The notes beneath the pieces are model-generated. The model was not told the origin of the DNA and did no database searches. It worked only from the letters and a program-made list of their open reading frames with translations. The translations under genes were made by a program, and so were the position numbers. A stretch of 63,453 nucleotides of DNA, the filler included, from Choristocarpus tenellus KU-1152 (Eukaryota; Protista; Phaeophyceae), in assembly GCA_964200185.2 (NCBI GenBank). It is 12 parts of 12 records of this genome, joined end to end, with 100 filler letters (N's around TTAATTAATTAA, not from the genome) between each part and the next. Parts side by side here need not be neighbours in the genome. Positions count along the whole stretch, not along the records: positions 60,260 to 63,453 come from CAXNAD020021641.1; 11 more parts are not named here. The stretch is one strand, 5' to 3'. Below are positions 60,755 to 63,453 of the stretch, piece after piece (position 1 is the stretch's first letter; each line of letters opens with the position of its first letter).

Positions 60755-63081
60755 CTTGCAATAAACCATGCCTGGTCGATCACAGTGCAGGCACCGAGCA
60801 TTCATATGCAGACTAGGGAGAGGGCGATGGACACTCCTCCTGTCCCGAGGTGTCACCGCAGGGCTTGTTATTGGAGAATTTCCTGCTGACCGAAACCCAG
60901 ACCTCGTGCTCGTGCTCACACTCCTTAGGTTCAGTTCACGCAGGGAAATGGAGAGGACAGCCCAGATCAACAACATATACAATGAACATCTATGTGTTAG
61001 GTGGATTGGGGGATTCTTGGGTGAGGTTAATGGACATGAAATGAGCACAATTTCTGTAGAGGGGGAGGGGGAGTAGTAGGGGATATCATGGTCTTACACA
61101 AAACATGGACTCATGGAAAATGTGAGCAATAAAGATGATTTGTGATCTGTGATGCCAAGTACAGTAGTGTCAAACTTCCTTCAACCTTTGGACCTGGTCA
61201 TATTTAAATTCAAATATTGGTGAATACAATTATCGTTAGAGACCAGCTATGGCGTATGGAGGGTAGGGAGATGGGAATACTACCAAACGCGAACTGGGGA
61301 AATAATGTAAGCAGCTACTGTCTACTTACCACGACACAGCCTCTGTCCCACGCCAAAATAAACCACAACGCATTCTACACAGAGGTCAAATCCCATAACT
61401 AGCATTCGTTCTTCAAGAGGGGTGAACATTTCGCAGTTGCCTCCTTACTAAAAGGCCATGTACTTGTTCTGAAGTCTACCCAGAAATTCACAACCAATTC
61501 AGTTCTGTGCATCACCAACCACAATTCTCGCAATGTCTAGATCTCACAAAAATGTGTTTTTTCAACTAGCAGAATAACCAATATTTCCCTCGAAACAATT
61601 TGTCAGAGATTCTTAGGGCTTTTCGAAATGCCATCCCACGGACGTGCAACCACAAAAAATCAACAGGATTGAAAATTGGTGTGGGGAAGAGGGGCATGGA
61701 CTGAGCACTTAAGCCTATAAAACTGCAGTGCAGATTACACAGCACAGTCCCTTGTGGCACTCAGACTTTCGCAAAGTCCACACCAAAGCGACTGAGAAAC
61801 TCTGTGATGCTCAGAGATGGTAGAAAGGATGGATTCAAACTCAGGTCAAGAGTGTGGTAACGTGATAATGTTTCCTTTCACTAAGACCACTGACACTTGC
61901 ATCCCCTGTGATTCAATACTTCAGTCTCAACTGCCCCATAGTCTGCACGTGTCCAGCACTGGCAAAGATAAGAGGTATTTAACACATGCCCAATACTAAC
62001 ATATACCCCTTGGTTTTTCTACTTGGAAACATAGACAACGCCCACCTCCTGAGGTTGGTGAAGGGCATCTTGCTCGTATGGGTAACGATTAAAAAAATGC
62101 AATATATACACACATATATGTCACTGTCCATAGTTGCAGCTCGTGAGCTAACTTGGTGCTTTGATTAACACTAGCGGAAACAAAGGATCAAATATAGGTT
62201 GTTAAAGAGTCTGATAACTCCTATGATGTACCTCATAAGGACAGTCTCAAAAATAGCACTGGGTTGGAGTATGAAGTAAACAGGGTGACGGATACAATGG
62301 GCATGATGTTATGTTCAAAGGTGTCAACCCTGAGGTTCACTCTACAGTTTTCATGACACTGTCCTTTGCAATAGATGTCTGGCACGAAATCTCAAACATA
62401 GTGGACAATTATCCGCTACATTCTTAGTTTAAATTTCCACACGTCAAACTCTCACTTTCCATTCTAAACAATACAATCCTAAGCCTGACATGAGATGCAC
62501 CAACATGATTCAAGTGCAAGAGATCATGATTAATGCCCCATGAACTACCTCTGAAAGAGTTCCGACAAACCTCCAAGAGAGAAACATTACAACACAAAAT
62601 GCTAACGTGCGCCTTGGGGGCACAAGCCTTGCCCAACTGGACATCTCTGTACGTTACAAAAGTAAGACGCTTAAGCAACCTTGTGACTGAACAAACAGGA
62701 AACTTACTTTTGTTTATCCAGGCTGAGCCGTACCGATGAAGGCTCGGTTGGTAAGAGTGGCCCTGTCTTGATTTCCTCCACCGTACCACTCTGACCACCT
62801 ACGCCTTCGATCTCAGTCATACGCCCTCCAGCACGATTTCGAGACGTTTTCTCCTCAAATTTCCAACGTTCAGGAGTCCGTCGGCTCACTACCTTCACTT
62901 CCTTCCCATTGCCAGTGGGGTTAATTGCATAGGCTGCAGAAAAAGGACTGCCGAACCTAGCTGTCGCTCTTCGAATCGGTGTAGTGGGCATCGAGTTGGC
63001 TGCCATGGGTCGAATATCCACACTTATCCAAGAGGATATCGCACTATCCTTCTTCGCTGAGCCCCAATCTCCAGGAGCCAT
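60755..63081 (-). CDS. Probable 5' exons of an unidentified protein with a disordered S/P-rich N-terminus and the start of a B-box-like zinc finger
   Basis: Exon 63081-62708 (MAPGDWGSAKK...LSLDKQ, strong AA|GTAAGT donor) and exon 60882-60755 (NSPITSPAVTPRDRR...CLHCDRPGMVYCK|GTCAGT). The phases require an intervening exon; 62068-62046 would fit. Confidence 0.4.
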
Positions 63082-63204
63082 GTCAACCAAGACACATTCG
63101 AGCGGATAGAAAGGGTCAAGATAGGAATGGTGCACGGACAGGTTGAGTGATTTGGACAATAAATTGTTAGAATATTTCTATTAAAAAAAACTATCGAACT
63201 TTCT

Positions 63205-63384
63205 CCTACACCTATTTTATACCAACTATTATGTACCAACCCCCCATTTTGTACCACTTTTTCGACATACTCAAAAAATAGGCTTCTGTACCGGAATTCT
63301 CGTATTCGGGCAACTTCGCACAAAATACCAGAGATATTCACGCGAGTTTGGCGCGCGCGAAATATGTTCTCGCGAAAAGTGCCT
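63205..63384 (+). mobile_element. Terminus of dispersed repeat family C
   Basis: Matches 27678-27868. Confidence 0.75.
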
Positions 63385-63453
63385 TTCTTCCTGAGTCATG
63401 ACCACAAGCAGCACAGTACGTTGCTGGTAGGGGAATAAAGTGGAAGCCATGCC

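Overview
This window is eukaryotic nuclear DNA from a photosynthetic stramenopile, most likely a brown alga. That call is an inference from a bipartite plastid-targeting peptide, long introns with short exons, and TTAGGG tracts. It is not one continuous locus: 12 short contigs are joined by identical 100-nt artificial linkers (44N-TTAATTAATTAA-44N), so gene neighbourhood across linkers has no biological meaning. By manual splicing I reconstructed a PP2C phosphatase (8 exons, last exon missing), a GDPH/vWD-like extracellular domain, a class I HDAC (6 internal exons), the 5' end of a plastid ALB3/YidC-like gene and a complete 5-exon signal-peptide-bearing bacterial-type VOC/glyoxalase protein. 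Also reconstructed are the 3' half of TMEM260, the 5' part of a gamma-butyrobetaine dioxygenase-like gene, the 3' end of AP-3 beta, an AhpD-like fold protein and two unidentified gene fragments. Transposon relics include a CRE/R2-type non-LTR element, hAT, DD39D mariner, Ty1/copia and a probable non-autonomous Helitron. A very abundant MITE group shares the terminal motif CAAAGTATCT and sits at about half of the contig ends. I found no CRISPR array, rRNA, tRNA or prokaryotic system, and I cannot claim a proven new system. The best leads are: (1) a GDPH self-cleaving domain that might anchor proteins to wall polysaccharide; (2) a MITE copy whose two TIRs both carry a telomeric-repeat version of the motif, in a sequence dense with short TTAGGG tracts; (3) the secretory-pathway VOC enzyme with a long foldback at its promoter. 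All protein identities come from motif recognition, not database searches.
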